Notes: generated from the letters alone by a model not told the origin. A stretch of DNA of 64,000 nt from Candidatus Woesebacteria bacterium (GCA_035389185.1 DAOORK010000001.1:331825-395824), one strand, 5' to 3'; positions 48,492 to 60,740 are shown, numbered from the stretch's first letter. Numbers and translations are program-made.

Positions 48492-49046
48492 ATGAAATCT
48501 GAGTTTATTCAAGTTTCTCCTGTGGAGACATTTTTGTATCCGAAATATTTTAAGGAAAGGATCCCTTATGTAAGCGATGAATGTAAATTTGTTCCATGCG
48601 GATGGGCAAAAATTGAAGGAGAGTTTTTCCCTTTGGGATATAAAGTGGTGACTATGGATTTGAAATCTTTGGGATTGCGGAAAAACCCAAATATTATGAC
48701 TTTCCCGATTGGCGAGTGGGTTACGCTAGCTGAAGAAGAGGTACTTGTCGGCAATAGTGATGAGGGAGGAATATGGTCGGCTTTAAACAAGGGTAGTATA
48801 AAAACATTAAAAAACTACATGATGAGTGAGTATGGGGTGGATACAAGAGCGTTTTTAACTGCGATGCGTCGACCAGTGTATGCCAATAGTTATCGCATAA
48901 AATCACAAGGAGTGATGCTTATAGAAGAATATTTAGTGAACCAAATCTTTTGCCAAGGTAATGTTTTGAATATCGGAACCGGTGCGATCAAACCCCGGAA
49001 CTTCCAGAATGAGAGGCAGAGAGCTGAAGGTAGGATGATTAATTAA
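48492..49046 (+). CDS. Hypothetical protein
   Basis: TATAAT 8 nt upstream; 3' end overlaps nfo convergently by 114 bp. Confidence 0.6.
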   Translation: MKSEFIQVSPVETFLYPKYFKERIPYVSDECKFVPCGWAKIEGEFFPLGYKVVTMDLKSLGLRKNPNIMTFPIGEWVTLAEEEVLVGNSDEGGIWSALNKGSIKTLKNYMMSEYGVDTRAFLTAMRRPVYANSYRIKSQGVMLIEEYLVNQIFCQGNVLNIGTGAIKPRNFQNERQRAEGRMIN

Positions 49047-49769
49047 ATTTCTCAAACCAACAAGACCAATCTCCCCTTCTCCGATGTTGGCGTGCATATC
49101 ACGATGGGAGTCAAAGACAGTGGCAGAGTCATTTAAATGCAGACAGACCAGTTTGTCGGCCAGACCGAGACTAGTTAGCTGTTGAGAAAATTTCTCGACC
49201 GATGAGACATCTTGAATATTCACACCAGATTCAAACAAATGGGCAGAGTCGAGACACATCTTGAGGCGAGGGTTGTTGATCTTATTGATAAGGTAACTGA
49301 TTTCTTCCGGAGAGCCAATTTTGCCATTTTGACCAGCGTCATTTTCCAAAATTAGATCGCAGTCTGCGGTAGAAGAAAGAATTCTTTGAATAACAGAGAC
49401 TATTTGATCCTTGACTGTATCAAAACCTGCTCCTAGGTGAGACCCGATATGAACAATGACTCCGGATGCTCGAATGCGGGCGCCATTTTGCATGTCGATT
49501 ATGAGAGAGTTGATCGATTTTTCTAAGATGTCTTGGTTTTGTGAGGCAAGGTTAACTAAGTAAAGAGCGTGAATAAAAGTGGGGTGAATGTCCAGTTCTT
49601 TTGCCAAGTGAAGATATTCTGAAACATCTTTTTCGGGAAAAGGTTTTCTAAACCAAAGTCGAGGAGAGCCGGCGAACATCTGTAAACAATTTCCGCCGAT
49701 TTTATTCGTCGTTTTTAAAGCGTTGGTGATGTTTCCGGCCATAGAGACATGGCCGCCGATTCTTCTCAT
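48933..49769 (-). CDS. nfo: Endonuclease IV (AP endonuclease)
   Basis: GGHVS, QMF..SPR.W, IHA.YLVNLAS, HIGS, LEN.AG, CLDSAH, HLNDS, DMHANIGEG, ILEVP. Confidence 0.93.
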   Translation of the reverse strand: MRRIGGHVSMAGNITNALKTTNKIGGNCLQMFAGSPRLWFRKPFPEKDVSEYLHLAKELDIHPTFIHALYLVNLASQNQDILEKSINSLIIDMQNGARIRASGVIVHIGSHLGAGFDTVKDQIVSVIQRILSSTADCDLILENDAGQNGKIGSPEEISYLINKINNPRLKMCLDSAHLFESGVNIQDVSSVEKFSQQLTSLGLADKLVCLHLNDSATVFDSHRDMHANIGEGEIGLVGLRNLINHPTFSSLPLILEVPGFDRTGSDIQNITLAKDLVH

Positions 49770-50431
49770 TTTTCTTCAATAGTGATCGAGCTGATGACCA
49801 CTTGTGTTAGAGGTGCATCATTGGCATCTGTCTGAACACTGGCTATTGCATCAAGTGTTTTTAAGCTGGCAGAGTCTGAAGCGTCTATACGGCCAAAAAT
49901 GGTGTAGTTTTTGGGGAGAGCCATGTCTTTGTGCATAATAAAGAACTGGGAACCGTTGGTATTTGGGCCGGAGTTGGCCATGGCAAGCGTACCACGAGTA
50001 TAGTTTTCGGTAACTGGCTCGTCGGCAAACTTATAGCCCGGACCTCCAGTACCGATGCCGTTCGGATCACCGCCTTGGATCATAAAATCGGAGATGACGC
50101 GATGGAAAATAAGACCGTCATAAAAAGGTTTCTCGGACACTTTTTTCCCCGTATTAGGATTAATTTTGACGCCTTTGGCCAGTTCAACGAAGTTGCGGAC
50201 GGTGTTGGGAGCTATCTTGGGAAAAAGGATGACTTTGATAGTTCCTTTGCTGGTGTTGATTACGGCGGTAATGTTTTCGGCTAAGGGGGCTTGGGTTGGT
50301 GTTGGGTTTTCCATATTGGTTGGATTGACTTTAATATCTGTTAATTGGTAATCATGAACACTTGGTGTTTGGGTAAGGGTGCAGGCTGAGAAAAGTATAG
50401 CCGAGACAGCAATATATAGAAGATTTTTCAT
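49766..50431 (-). CDS. Cyclophilin-type peptidyl-prolyl isomerase, probable lipoprotein
   Basis: LFSA-C lipobox; FHRVI.DFMIQGGDP.G.GTGGPGY, LAMANSGPNTNGSQFFI. Confidence 0.93.
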   Translation of the reverse strand: MKNLLYIAVSAILFSACTLTQTPSVHDYQLTDIKVNPTNMENPTPTQAPLAENITAVINTSKGTIKVILFPKIAPNTVRNFVELAKGVKINPNTGKKVSEKPFYDGLIFHRVISDFMIQGGDPNGIGTGGPGYKFADEPVTENYTRGTLAMANSGPNTNGSQFFIMHKDMALPKNYTIFGRIDASDSASLKTLDAIASVQTDANDAPLTQVVISSITIEEK

Positions 50432-50440
50432 AAAACTATA

Positions 50441-51151
50441 TTATATTGAAAAATCAGTGTTGCCAAAAGTAAGTTTGGATATTATTTCTTCGACTTCACG
50501 TTTCCTTATAGATAAGTTGTTTGCTGTAGATATCTGTAACGACTCGGAGGCTAGTTTTTGTGCATCTTCCAGATTACCTTCTTTTGCTAATACTTTGACT
50601 AAGGTATTAAGAGCACCAGTTTCCCAGACGCGAACAGAATAATCGGTAAGGTCTCCGGTCCTGATATCTTGAAGAGATTCTTTGATAAGGGCAATTCCCT
50701 CTTCTTTGGAACCGAGAACATATTTTGCTTCACCAATATGGGTTTTTATTCTGCCCTTTTCCGGAATCGAACTAGTGGAAACGTCCAAAGCGGCCTCAAA
50801 AACCGGGAGAGACTCTGCAGTTTTCCCGTCCATAAATAAAGCGTCGGCATAGGCCATATAGGCTACGGAAAGTGTAGCTCCTTCAAGACTGTCTTTGTTT
50901 GCTTCACCAATTGCATAAGCTTCTTTGCCAAAAGCAGTGGTGAGATTTCGATAGACATGACTATCTTCTTTTCGTGAAAGAATTTTGTAAATGAGACTAT
51001 GGCCTGCGAGACAGTGAACTAGCTGCTGTGGATCGCCGGATGGAATTAATTCAAGCAAGCATTCGGTAAATAGTTTGGCAGATTCGGAGTATTGTTCTTG
51101 TTCGCGAAGTGTGTTTGCTTGGCCAAGTTTTTGCTCTATTTGTTCATTCAT
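50441..51151 (-). CDS. TPR-like helical repeat protein
   Basis: Repeating A/L-rich helical units (AYADALFMDGK..ESL..FE.AL). Confidence 0.65.
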   Translation of the reverse strand: MNEQIEQKLGQANTLREQEQYSESAKLFTECLLELIPSGDPQQLVHCLAGHSLIYKILSRKEDSHVYRNLTTAFGKEAYAIGEANKDSLEGATLSVAYMAYADALFMDGKTAESLPVFEAALDVSTSSIPEKGRIKTHIGEAKYVLGSKEEGIALIKESLQDIRTGDLTDYSVRVWETGALNTLVKVLAKEGNLEDAQKLASESLQISTANNLSIRKREVEEIISKLTFGNTDFSI

Positions 51152-51157
51152 AAGTTC

Positions 51158-51167
51158 ATGATAACAT
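51158..51167. promoter_or_regulatory. Bidirectional extended -10 pair (TGT-TATCAT on -, TGA-TAACAT on +)
   Basis: Each -10 lies 6 nt from its ATG (51151 on -, 51174 on +); the two share a TA. Confidence 0.55.
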
Positions 51168-51173
51168 GGGAGT

Positions 51174-51509
51174 ATGCAAATGCCGGTAATCGTTGGTTTA
51201 GTGGTGGCTGTAATATTCTTAGTGGCTTTTTCCGGATGGTTTTATCATCTGGTAACCGGGTGGAAAGCATACGTGCTTGATGATGTTCTTTTCCGTTATC
51301 GAATAGTGGGCGTTTCACTGTTGTCTTTTTTGGTTATGGGAGGAACATTTTACGGAATTGCTCTAATAAATGAGTGTCCAAACGAGGAAAGAGTAGGCTT
51401 TTTTGCCGGACTAAAATGCAAGGAATACAACAAGATAAAAGTTAATGCAGAAAGATTATTTCTTTCCCAAGACAAGTCTCTCGAGCCAAACAACGAAACG
51501 ATAGATTAG
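51174..51509 (+). CDS. Small 2-TM hypothetical protein
   Basis: Two hydrophobic segments; promoter directly upstream. Confidence 0.55.
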   Translation: MQMPVIVGLVVAVIFLVAFSGWFYHLVTGWKAYVLDDVLFRYRIVGVSLLSFLVMGGTFYGIALINECPNEERVGFFAGLKCKEYNKIKVNAERLFLSQDKSLEPNNETID

Positions 51510-51782
51510 CCTCTCTGGGAATGAACGTTTGACTGTTTCTTTTTGCTGTTTTCCATATACTGGATTCCACCAAGAGCTGGTGACAACCCAGTCATCTCCC
51601 TGACGTTTTACGGCGGCAACAATCTTGTATCCATTTATTACTTTGATGTGTTTTCTGGAATTGGTTGTCGTACTATCTTGGACTTCATCAGGAAAACGAA
51701 TGGCGGTATCAACCCATTGAGGATCAAGTCCTCGCTGTTTGATTCTTTCTCTGAGATGTTTGGTCCAGATTACCTTACCCAT
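51456..51782 (-). CDS. DUF4258-like (RelE-fold) small protein
   Basis: IWTKHLRERIKQRGL....V...I..PD...WVVTSSW. Confidence 0.7.
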   Translation of the reverse strand: MGKVIWTKHLRERIKQRGLDPQWVDTAIRFPDEVQDSTTTNSRKHIKVINGYKIVAAVKRQGDDWVVTSSWWNPVYGKQQKETVKRSFPERLIYRFVVWLERLVLGKK

Positions 51783-52906
51783 TATTTTGTAGGTTTAACC
51801 AAATCCGGATCCTCATAAAGAGGGTTTGTTGACACAGGTGTTTCGGGAATGGGAGTTGGCTCGGGAGACATCAAGGGTTCACTCATGACTTGGGGTTGAG
51901 GAATTGGGGAAGAAACGACTGGAGTGGAAGTGATTGCTGGTGAGGCAACCGGAGGTTCTATTGCAGGTGATGGCGTGGTTGTGTCTGGAGCGGCAACAGG
52001 TTCGGGTTCTGGTTGGGGAAGAAGGTCAGAGAGATGGTTGTTGAGGGGAGTGCTGGCTGGCTCTGGACTTACAGATTGATTCCCCGGAGTAATGTCAATT
52101 GGAGCAGAACTAGTTGGCTGATTGGCAGGAACAGCTTGAGGTGAACCATCCTGAGGAGAAATCATATTAGGATCCATATTGAGATCAATAACGGGAGAGT
52201 TGGTGTCGTCCATATTTTGTGTTGGAGTTGTTTTATTTTTAATAGTGATTTCAGGAATGTGTATAGTCTGACTTAAGTTTATAACATATTGGACAACCGA
52301 AGCGACCTCTGTAGGATCGAGTGCCTGAGAAAGATCTCGAGAGGCGTTACTTTTTTGGAAAAGGGAAGTTTTAATAAGGCCGGGATATACAGCTGTAACT
52401 TTGATATTCTCTTCTTCGAGGTCATCTTGTAGACACTTTGTAAATCCGGTGATGGCCCACTTTGAGGCATGGTAGACAGAACGATCTTTCTTGGCACAAA
52501 GACCATCTTGGGAAATGATGTTTACTATCTGACCACTTTTTTGGGTGCGCATTTGAGGGAGAACAAGCTTGGAAAGGAGAATTGTACCGGTGGTGTTGAT
52601 ATCGATCACTTCTTTGATTTTGATTGGGTCGTTTTGATCCAACTGGCCTTCGATCCAAATACCAGCGTTATTGACTAAGACGTCAATTTTTTGATATTTG
52701 GAGACAACTTGATCAACGGCGATTTTAAGAGAGGCATAATCAGTCATTTCCGCCTCGACATAATCACAGCCGACTTCCTTGGCTGCGGTCTCAAGTTTGG
52801 TTTTATTGTGAGCAAGAATAATGACTTGATTGCCATTAACTAGTTTTTGGGCAATGGCTTTTCCTAAGCCATCACTTCCTCCGGAAATTAGAATTACTTT
52901 GGGCAT
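51782..52906 (-). CDS. Short-chain dehydrogenase/reductase with long Pro-rich C-terminal tail
   Basis: ISGGSDGLG, LVNNAG, YHASK; ~140 aa P/S/T-rich tail. Confidence 0.85.
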   Translation of the reverse strand: MPKVILISGGSDGLGKAIAQKLVNGNQVIILAHNKTKLETAAKEVGCDYVEAEMTDYASLKIAVDQVVSKYQKIDVLVNNAGIWIEGQLDQNDPIKIKEVIDINTTGTILLSKLVLPQMRTQKSGQIVNIISQDGLCAKKDRSVYHASKWAITGFTKCLQDDLEEENIKVTAVYPGLIKTSLFQKSNASRDLSQALDPTEVASVVQYVINLSQTIHIPEITIKNKTTPTQNMDDTNSPVIDLNMDPNMISPQDGSPQAVPANQPTSSAPIDITPGNQSVSPEPASTPLNNHLSDLLPQPEPEPVAAPDTTTPSPAIEPPVASPAITSTPVVSSPIPQPQVMSEPLMSPEPTPIPETPVSTNPLYEDPDLVKPTK

Positions 52907-52915
52907 TAATTCATT

Positions 52916-55564
<2,649 letters not shown>

Positions 55565-55582
55565 GTCAGTTAATTATACCCG

Positions 55583-56209
55583 TTAGACAAGAGAGATGAC
55601 GATGTTGGAAATGGTGTGTGCTTTAACAAAAAATAGCCGAGATCGTATCGAGCGAAAAAACCGAATAGAGGCATCCTTCCCTTCTCTCCACCAAAGACGA
55701 TTAATCAAGACAAAACGAGAGTGTTTTTTGATTTTTTTCAAAAAGACAATATTTTCCAATTTTTTGGGAATTTCTTTACCCACAAAACAATCAATCATTA
55801 CCAGATCGAATGTTTGAGATGGCCTAAGATTCTTTACGTAGTGAACAGCGTCGTCGACGATGATGTGTAAATTTTTTAGTCTATCTAGATGGAAGTACTG
55901 ACGACCAATATTGACCATAACCGGATCAATCTCCACGGCAGTAATTTTGGCCTGAGGGTAGTACTTATTAATCAACCGAGCGTTGCTTCCTCCGGCAAGA
56001 CCCAGAAGTAACACCTTTTGGGGTTTAAATTTGGGAGGAAGAAAAGAATTGATACCTTTTTGCCAAACTGTAGTCATGATATCTCCTGATTCAATTAGGC
56101 CATCAACTGTTAAAGTGGTGGTATTTAGGAAACGGATCAAACGAATATTTTTATTGATTTTTGAGTCGGGAAGTCGAATTGTTTGAGGGAAAAATAGATG
56201 AATACACAT
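55583..56209 (-). CDS. Spermidine-synthase-like SAM methyltransferase
   Basis: VLLLGLAGGS, AVEIDPVMV, DDAV.YV, FDLVMIDCF. Confidence 0.75.
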   Translation of the reverse strand: MCIHLFFPQTIRLPDSKINKNIRLIRFLNTTTLTVDGLIESGDIMTTVWQKGINSFLPPKFKPQKVLLLGLAGGSNARLINKYYPQAKITAVEIDPVMVNIGRQYFHLDRLKNLHIIVDDAVHYVKNLRPSQTFDLVMIDCFVGKEIPKKLENIVFLKKIKKHSRFVLINRLWWREGKDASIRFFRSIRSRLFFVKAHTISNIVISLV

Positions 56210-57258
56210 TAAATTTTAGTTTCGGCGGCCTTTATCTCAGCCTGAATTTGTCTGGCCAGGTCTCCCCATTCACGATAATGCGTATTGAGAGCGGCTTTAG
56301 TGATATTTTTTGGAGCCAAACCCTCTGCTAAAAATCCTGCATCAAGCAATGCTGCCGCGGCCATATCCCGTTCGAGATAAGAATCAGCACCAGAGACTAT
56401 AGCCACCATTGAAAAACCGTCTCTTTCGGCTGTTACGATGGTGGAGTAACCAGCTTCTTCGGTGTAGGCAATTTTTAGACCAGTTACTCCTGGGTAGACA
56501 CCCAAAAGTCCATTCCAGTTGGGTAAATAGTATTTTCCATGCGTATCTGTTTTTTCAATATCCTGACGGTCAGATTTTGCCGCTGCAAGTATTTCTGGGT
56601 AATTTTTTTGAACATTATTAATTAGTTTGGCTATATCGAGTATTGTTGAGTACTGATTTTGTTCATCTAGACCATCCGGATTAGTAAAATGACTGTTTTT
56701 TAGCCCAAGAAGAGTTGCTTTGGCATTCATATAGTAAAGAAATTCTTGTTTACTAATACCGACAGCCATGGCTGATCCATCGGCGAGTGTTTGGGCGGCA
56801 TCATTGGCACTGGTGGCAATGGCTCCCCGAAGTAGGTCCTCAACAGACAGTTTTTCACCTGCTTTGAGTTCGAGGATCGTAGGTACTTTGTCAACTGATT
56901 CTTTGGTGGCAGTGATCATATACTCTAAAGGGACTAGATCAAGGGCCACTTGGCTGGAAAGAAGTTTTGTAAATGAGGCTGGGGAAAGACGAACATCTGG
57001 ATTTTTGGCGTAATAAACTTTCTGAGTTTTACTGTTGTAAACAATGTATCGAGGAAGATTTTCTAGACTGGAGAGGGTTTTTGCCCTTGTAGCGTCAAGA
57101 TTAAAAGAAGAAACAACTTTCTGAGAGATTTTTGCTGTTTGATCTGGGCCTTGAAAGAACGGAGAGATTAAGTTTTTTGATAATATTCTGGGCAAAAAAT
57201 ACGTTAGTGACAAAGCAAAAATACCGAAAATTAGAATTAGTACTTTACGTTTACGCAC
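56209..57258 (-). CDS. D-alanyl-D-alanine carboxypeptidase (peptidase S11)
   Basis: PASFTK (SxxK), SAND (SxN), FTNPDGLD, GLKIAYT (KTG variant). Confidence 0.88.
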   Translation of the reverse strand: MRKRKVLILIFGIFALSLTYFLPRILSKNLISPFFQGPDQTAKISQKVVSSFNLDATRAKTLSSLENLPRYIVYNSKTQKVYYAKNPDVRLSPASFTKLLSSQVALDLVPLEYMITATKESVDKVPTILELKAGEKLSVEDLLRGAIATSANDAAQTLADGSAMAVGISKQEFLYYMNAKATLLGLKNSHFTNPDGLDEQNQYSTILDIAKLINNVQKNYPEILAAAKSDRQDIEKTDTHGKYYLPNWNGLLGVYPGVTGLKIAYTEEAGYSTIVTAERDGFSMVAIVSGADSYLERDMAAAALLDAGFLAEGLAPKNITKAALNTHYREWGDLARQIQAEIKAAETKI

Positions 57259-58525
57259 GACTGATCTTGGTTTTGCCCATTATGGGAACTAAAACTTCAG
57301 GAATATTGATTGAACCATCGGCTTGCTGATAATTCTCCAGAATAGCCACCAACCAACGGGGAGAGTTTGAAGCAGTGTTGTTTAGCATGTGGACATAACG
57401 CATCTCATTGTTGGCATCTCGATATCGGATGTTGGCACGGCGTGATTGGAAATCTAGAAGAATCGAGTCTGAAGCGAGTTCTCCATAACCATTTCGACTA
57501 GGTATCCAGGCTTCGAGATCGTACTTTTTGGCTTGGGGTTCTCCCATATCACCTGTGCACATGCGAAGGATTCGATATGGAAGTTTTAGATCTTGGGCGA
57601 TTTCTTCGGTTAGTGACAGCATCTCGTCGTGCAGGCGACGAGATTCTTCAACGTCGTTCTTGCAGATAACAACTTGCTCTGTTTTGACAAACTCGTGAAC
57701 TCGGTAGATACCCTTGGTGTCTTTTCCGTAGTTGCCGGCTTCCTTGCGATAGCAGGGAGAAAAACCAATCAAACGAATAGGAAGATCTTTCTCATTTAGA
57801 ACCTCGTCTTGGTAGAGAGAGACTAGAGGAACTTCTGCAGTTCCAGCAAGATATGTTTCCTCTTCACCTTCTTCTGTTTGGAATTTGTATGTTTCTTTTT
57901 CTCCCCAGGGAAAGTGACCGGTATTTACGAAAGCTCGTTTTTTGAGAATTACAGGGGGGACAACGGGAGTATAGCCTTTGGAAATAAATTTCTGCAATGT
58001 ATATTGCATCAAGGCAAACTGAAGCATAACGGCTTCGTTTTTGAGGAAGTAGCCACGGAAACCGGCAACTTTTGAACCACGAACAATGTCTATTAGATCA
58101 AGAGATTCTCCGAGCTCGATATGAGTTTTGGGAATAAAGTCAAGCTGGGGGATATCTCCCCAAGTGCGGATAACCACATTTCCGGTGTCGTCTTTACCAA
58201 CCGGAACTTCTTCAAGGGGAATGCCGGGAACTTGGAGCATGAGAGAGTTGAGTTCTTCTTCAACTTGAATCAGTTGAGGCTCAAGATCTTGAAGTTTTTG
58301 TTTGAGCTCCCCGGACTGCTGAATTAACTCGGGAGTTCGAGCGACTTTTAGCTGTTCGTTGAGTTTGTTTCTATCAGCGCGAATAGTTTCGGTCTGTTGA
58401 ATAAGTTCGCGACGCTTTGAATCTAACTTCAGAACGGCATCAATGATGTCCGGATTTAAGTTTTTGTTTTTGATCCCCTCTTTGACTTTGTCGGGGTTTT
58501 CGCGAATAAAAGCTATATCAAGCAT
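57251..58525 (-). CDS. serS: Serine--tRNA ligase
   Basis: MLDI.FIREN, GTAEVPL, CYRKEAG..GKDTKGIYRVHEF.K.E, KYDLEAW.P, ILENYQ. Confidence 0.98.
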   Translation of the reverse strand: MLDIAFIRENPDKVKEGIKNKNLNPDIIDAVLKLDSKRRELIQQTETIRADRNKLNEQLKVARTPELIQQSGELKQKLQDLEPQLIQVEEELNSLMLQVPGIPLEEVPVGKDDTGNVVIRTWGDIPQLDFIPKTHIELGESLDLIDIVRGSKVAGFRGYFLKNEAVMLQFALMQYTLQKFISKGYTPVVPPVILKKRAFVNTGHFPWGEKETYKFQTEEGEEETYLAGTAEVPLVSLYQDEVLNEKDLPIRLIGFSPCYRKEAGNYGKDTKGIYRVHEFVKTEQVVICKNDVEESRRLHDEMLSLTEEIAQDLKLPYRILRMCTGDMGEPQAKKYDLEAWIPSRNGYGELASDSILLDFQSRRANIRYRDANNEMRYVHMLNNTASNSPRWLVAILENYQQADGSINIPEVLVPIMGKTKISRA

Positions 58526-58543
58526 GAGTTGATTATATCCTGT

Positions 58544-59131
58544 TTAAAGACCGAGCTTGTCGGCGATTCCCCGCATGGCAGTAAGACAGATTTCGGAAAG
58601 AGTTTCCAGACTTAAATTTAAACCATCTTCTTTTTCGCAAAGAATTATTTCCTCGCGTCGAGTGCCGGCGGCAAAACGAGGTTCTTTATGGAAACGTTTC
58701 AAAATTGAACTAACTTTTACGTCGGCTAACTTTCGACTTGGGTAAACATAACCAACAGCGGTGATGAGGCCGGTAAGAGAGTCACAACAAAAAATGGACC
58801 ACTCTGCTTTATTTTTTGGTTCGATACCGGAAATTTTGGGGGCATGAGCTTTGACAATACGAAGAACAGTATCTGACACAGACAATCCATATTTTGCAAG
58901 CGCTTCGGATGTATGGTTTGGATGCTCGTCCTTATAAGGATCGGCATAATCAATATCGTGAATAAGGCCAGCCAAAAGCCAGTCTTCTTTGGAGGGTTCA
59001 TTGGGTTCGAGAAGACCTTCTTTTGAGAAGTAGTCGTAGAGAGCTCCCATACATGCTTCAAGAGCTAAAGAGTGTTTGTAGATTTTTTCGTCACGGTTCT
59101 GTTTTACCGCCTCTTCATATTGTTCAAACAT
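58544..59131 (-). CDS. HD-domain phosphohydrolase
   Basis: KHSLALEACM, GLIHDID, AH, DSLTGLI, FAAG..RE.I. Confidence 0.85.
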   Translation of the reverse strand: MFEQYEEAVKQNRDEKIYKHSLALEACMGALYDYFSKEGLLEPNEPSKEDWLLAGLIHDIDYADPYKDEHPNHTSEALAKYGLSVSDTVLRIVKAHAPKISGIEPKNKAEWSIFCCDSLTGLITAVGYVYPSRKLADVKVSSILKRFHKEPRFAAGTRREEIILCEKEDGLNLSLETLSEICLTAMRGIADKLGL

Positions 59132-59177
59132 ATGAGAGTATTTTAATCCACTTGAGGAATTTTGGAAAAGAAAAAAC

Positions 59178-59651
59178 TTAGTTTACCTTTTTGATGGAAT
59201 AGGTTATGGTTCCAGATGGAGCATCAACCAGCACTTCCTCACCTACCTTTTTGCCCATAAGAGCTTTTCCCAAAGGAGATTCGTGGCTGATTTTTTTAGC
59301 CGCCGGATCTGCTTCCCATTCACCTACGATAGTGAATTCATGGAGAGAACCATTGACTTCGATATGAACAATACTTCCAAGACCAACAGATCCCTCACTC
59401 TTTTTGGCAGTGTCGACAACAACTGCCCGAGCAATAATATCTTTAAGCTCTTCAATTCGACCTTCGAGTTCTGAAAGATCATCCTTGGCAGAGTGATACT
59501 CGGCATTTTCTGAAAGATCGCCAAAATCACGCGCCTTTGCAAGGCGTTCAATAGCCTCAGGGCGTTTTGTTTTTTCGAGTTGTTCGAGCTCATCAGCCAG
59601 TTGACGATAGCCAAGAGGTGTCATTTGAACTCTTTGATTTAGTCGATTCAT
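59178..59651 (-). CDS. greA: Transcription elongation factor GreA
   Basis: ARDFGDLSENAEYH.AK, IVG..EADP...ISHESPLG.AL. Confidence 0.97.
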   Translation of the reverse strand: MNRLNQRVQMTPLGYRQLADELEQLEKTKRPEAIERLAKARDFGDLSENAEYHSAKDDLSELEGRIEELKDIIARAVVVDTAKKSEGSVGLGSIVHIEVNGSLHEFTIVGEWEADPAAKKISHESPLGKALMGKKVGEEVLVDAPSGTITYSIKKVN

Positions 59652-59712
59652 AATTCTTGTTTATTTACAAAATATAAATATAAGGCCTGATTTCCCTGTG
59701 TCAAGTAAGAGA

Positions 59713-59733
59713 TTGGCCACAATTTGGCCACAA
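59713..59733. repeat. Tandem direct repeat TTGGCCACAA x2 (11-bp period)
   Basis: ttggccacaa-t-ttggccacaa between the greA promoter and the tRNA. Confidence 0.7.
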
Positions 59734-59850
59734 AAGAAGGAGTTTTGACTGGGGAGTATTAATTAAGGAAAATCAAAGCGATAACGTGTAATATTTTACG
59801 TTTTTTGAGCATAGAAGTCAAATCTGGTAAAATATGGAGGTTTGTTAGAA

Positions 59851-59924
59851 GGTCCCGTCGTCTAGTGGTCTAGGACATTTGGTTCTCATCCAAAAGATCG
59901 TGGGTTCGATTCCCACCGGGATCA
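59851..59924 (+). tRNA. tRNA-Glu(CTC)
   Basis: GGTCCCG/CGGGATC acceptor stem, TTTGG-TT(CTC)AT-CCAAA anticodon arm, GTGGG-TTCGATT-CCCAC T arm. CCA not encoded. TGGTAAAAT promoter upstream. Confidence 0.95.
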
Positions 59925-59927
59925 CAA

Positions 59928-60677
59928 CTAGAGGAAACTCAAACTTAAGGCCATAATAAGCATTCCAATGATGATTCCGAAGATTGCCGTGTGTCCTTCA
60001 CTGTGTTTGAAACAAGTAGGTAGAAGTTCGTCAAAGCTAATGTAAACCATGACTCCGGCGACAAAGGCAAAAATGTAAGAAAGAAAAGTTGAATTAAAAT
60101 ATTGTTGGAAGATTAGATATGCAAAGAAGGCTCCTATTGGTTCTGCTATTCCTGCCAGAAACGAGTACCCAAAAGCTTTCCTTTTACTATTTGTGGCGAA
60201 GTATATTGGAGTTGCAACAGCCATACCTTCAGGAATGTTATGTAGGGCTGTTGCAAAAGCAATCAAGAAACCCAATCTTACACCCCCAAGAGAACTCATA
60301 AAAACGGTGATTCCTTCCGGAAAATTATGGATTGTTAGTCCAACAGCAACCATAAAACCTGTAATCATGAGTTTGTTACATTCTTTTCTCCTTTTTGAAT
60401 AATAGTTTATATAGTGATGAGGAATTATTTTGTCTACAAGCCCAATTAGCAAAATACCGATGAAAAAAGTGATGTTTGCTTGTCGGAAACTAATACTCTC
60501 AACCGCTAGAGGTAGTAGTTCCATAAAAGAGAGATAGACCATGGTGCCGGCCGACATCCCAAGAAAGAAGCTGAGATAGCTTTTTTTAAAATCTTTTAAA
60601 AAGAAAACTACAAATGCTCCCAGCACTGTGGAAATACCAGCAAGAAAAGTAAGAAGAAGCGGTAGTCTAATGTCCAT
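59928..60677 (-). CDS. zupT: ZIP family metal transporter (ZupT/GufA)
   Basis: SAGTMVYLSF.EL, IHNFPEG, ALHNIPEG.AV..P, AEPIGA, AGVMVYISFDELLP. Confidence 0.9.
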   Translation of the reverse strand: MDIRLPLLLTFLAGISTVLGAFVVFFLKDFKKSYLSFFLGMSAGTMVYLSFMELLPLAVESISFRQANITFFIGILLIGLVDKIIPHHYINYYSKRRKECNKLMITGFMVAVGLTIHNFPEGITVFMSSLGGVRLGFLIAFATALHNIPEGMAVATPIYFATNSKRKAFGYSFLAGIAEPIGAFFAYLIFQQYFNSTFLSYIFAFVAGVMVYISFDELLPTCFKHSEGHTAIFGIIIGMLIMALSLSFL

Positions 60678-60740
60678 AATTTGTAGTGGAAAATTCCTTT
60701 TCCATTGTATCAGCTAAACCCCTCTTGAGATTATTGCCGA

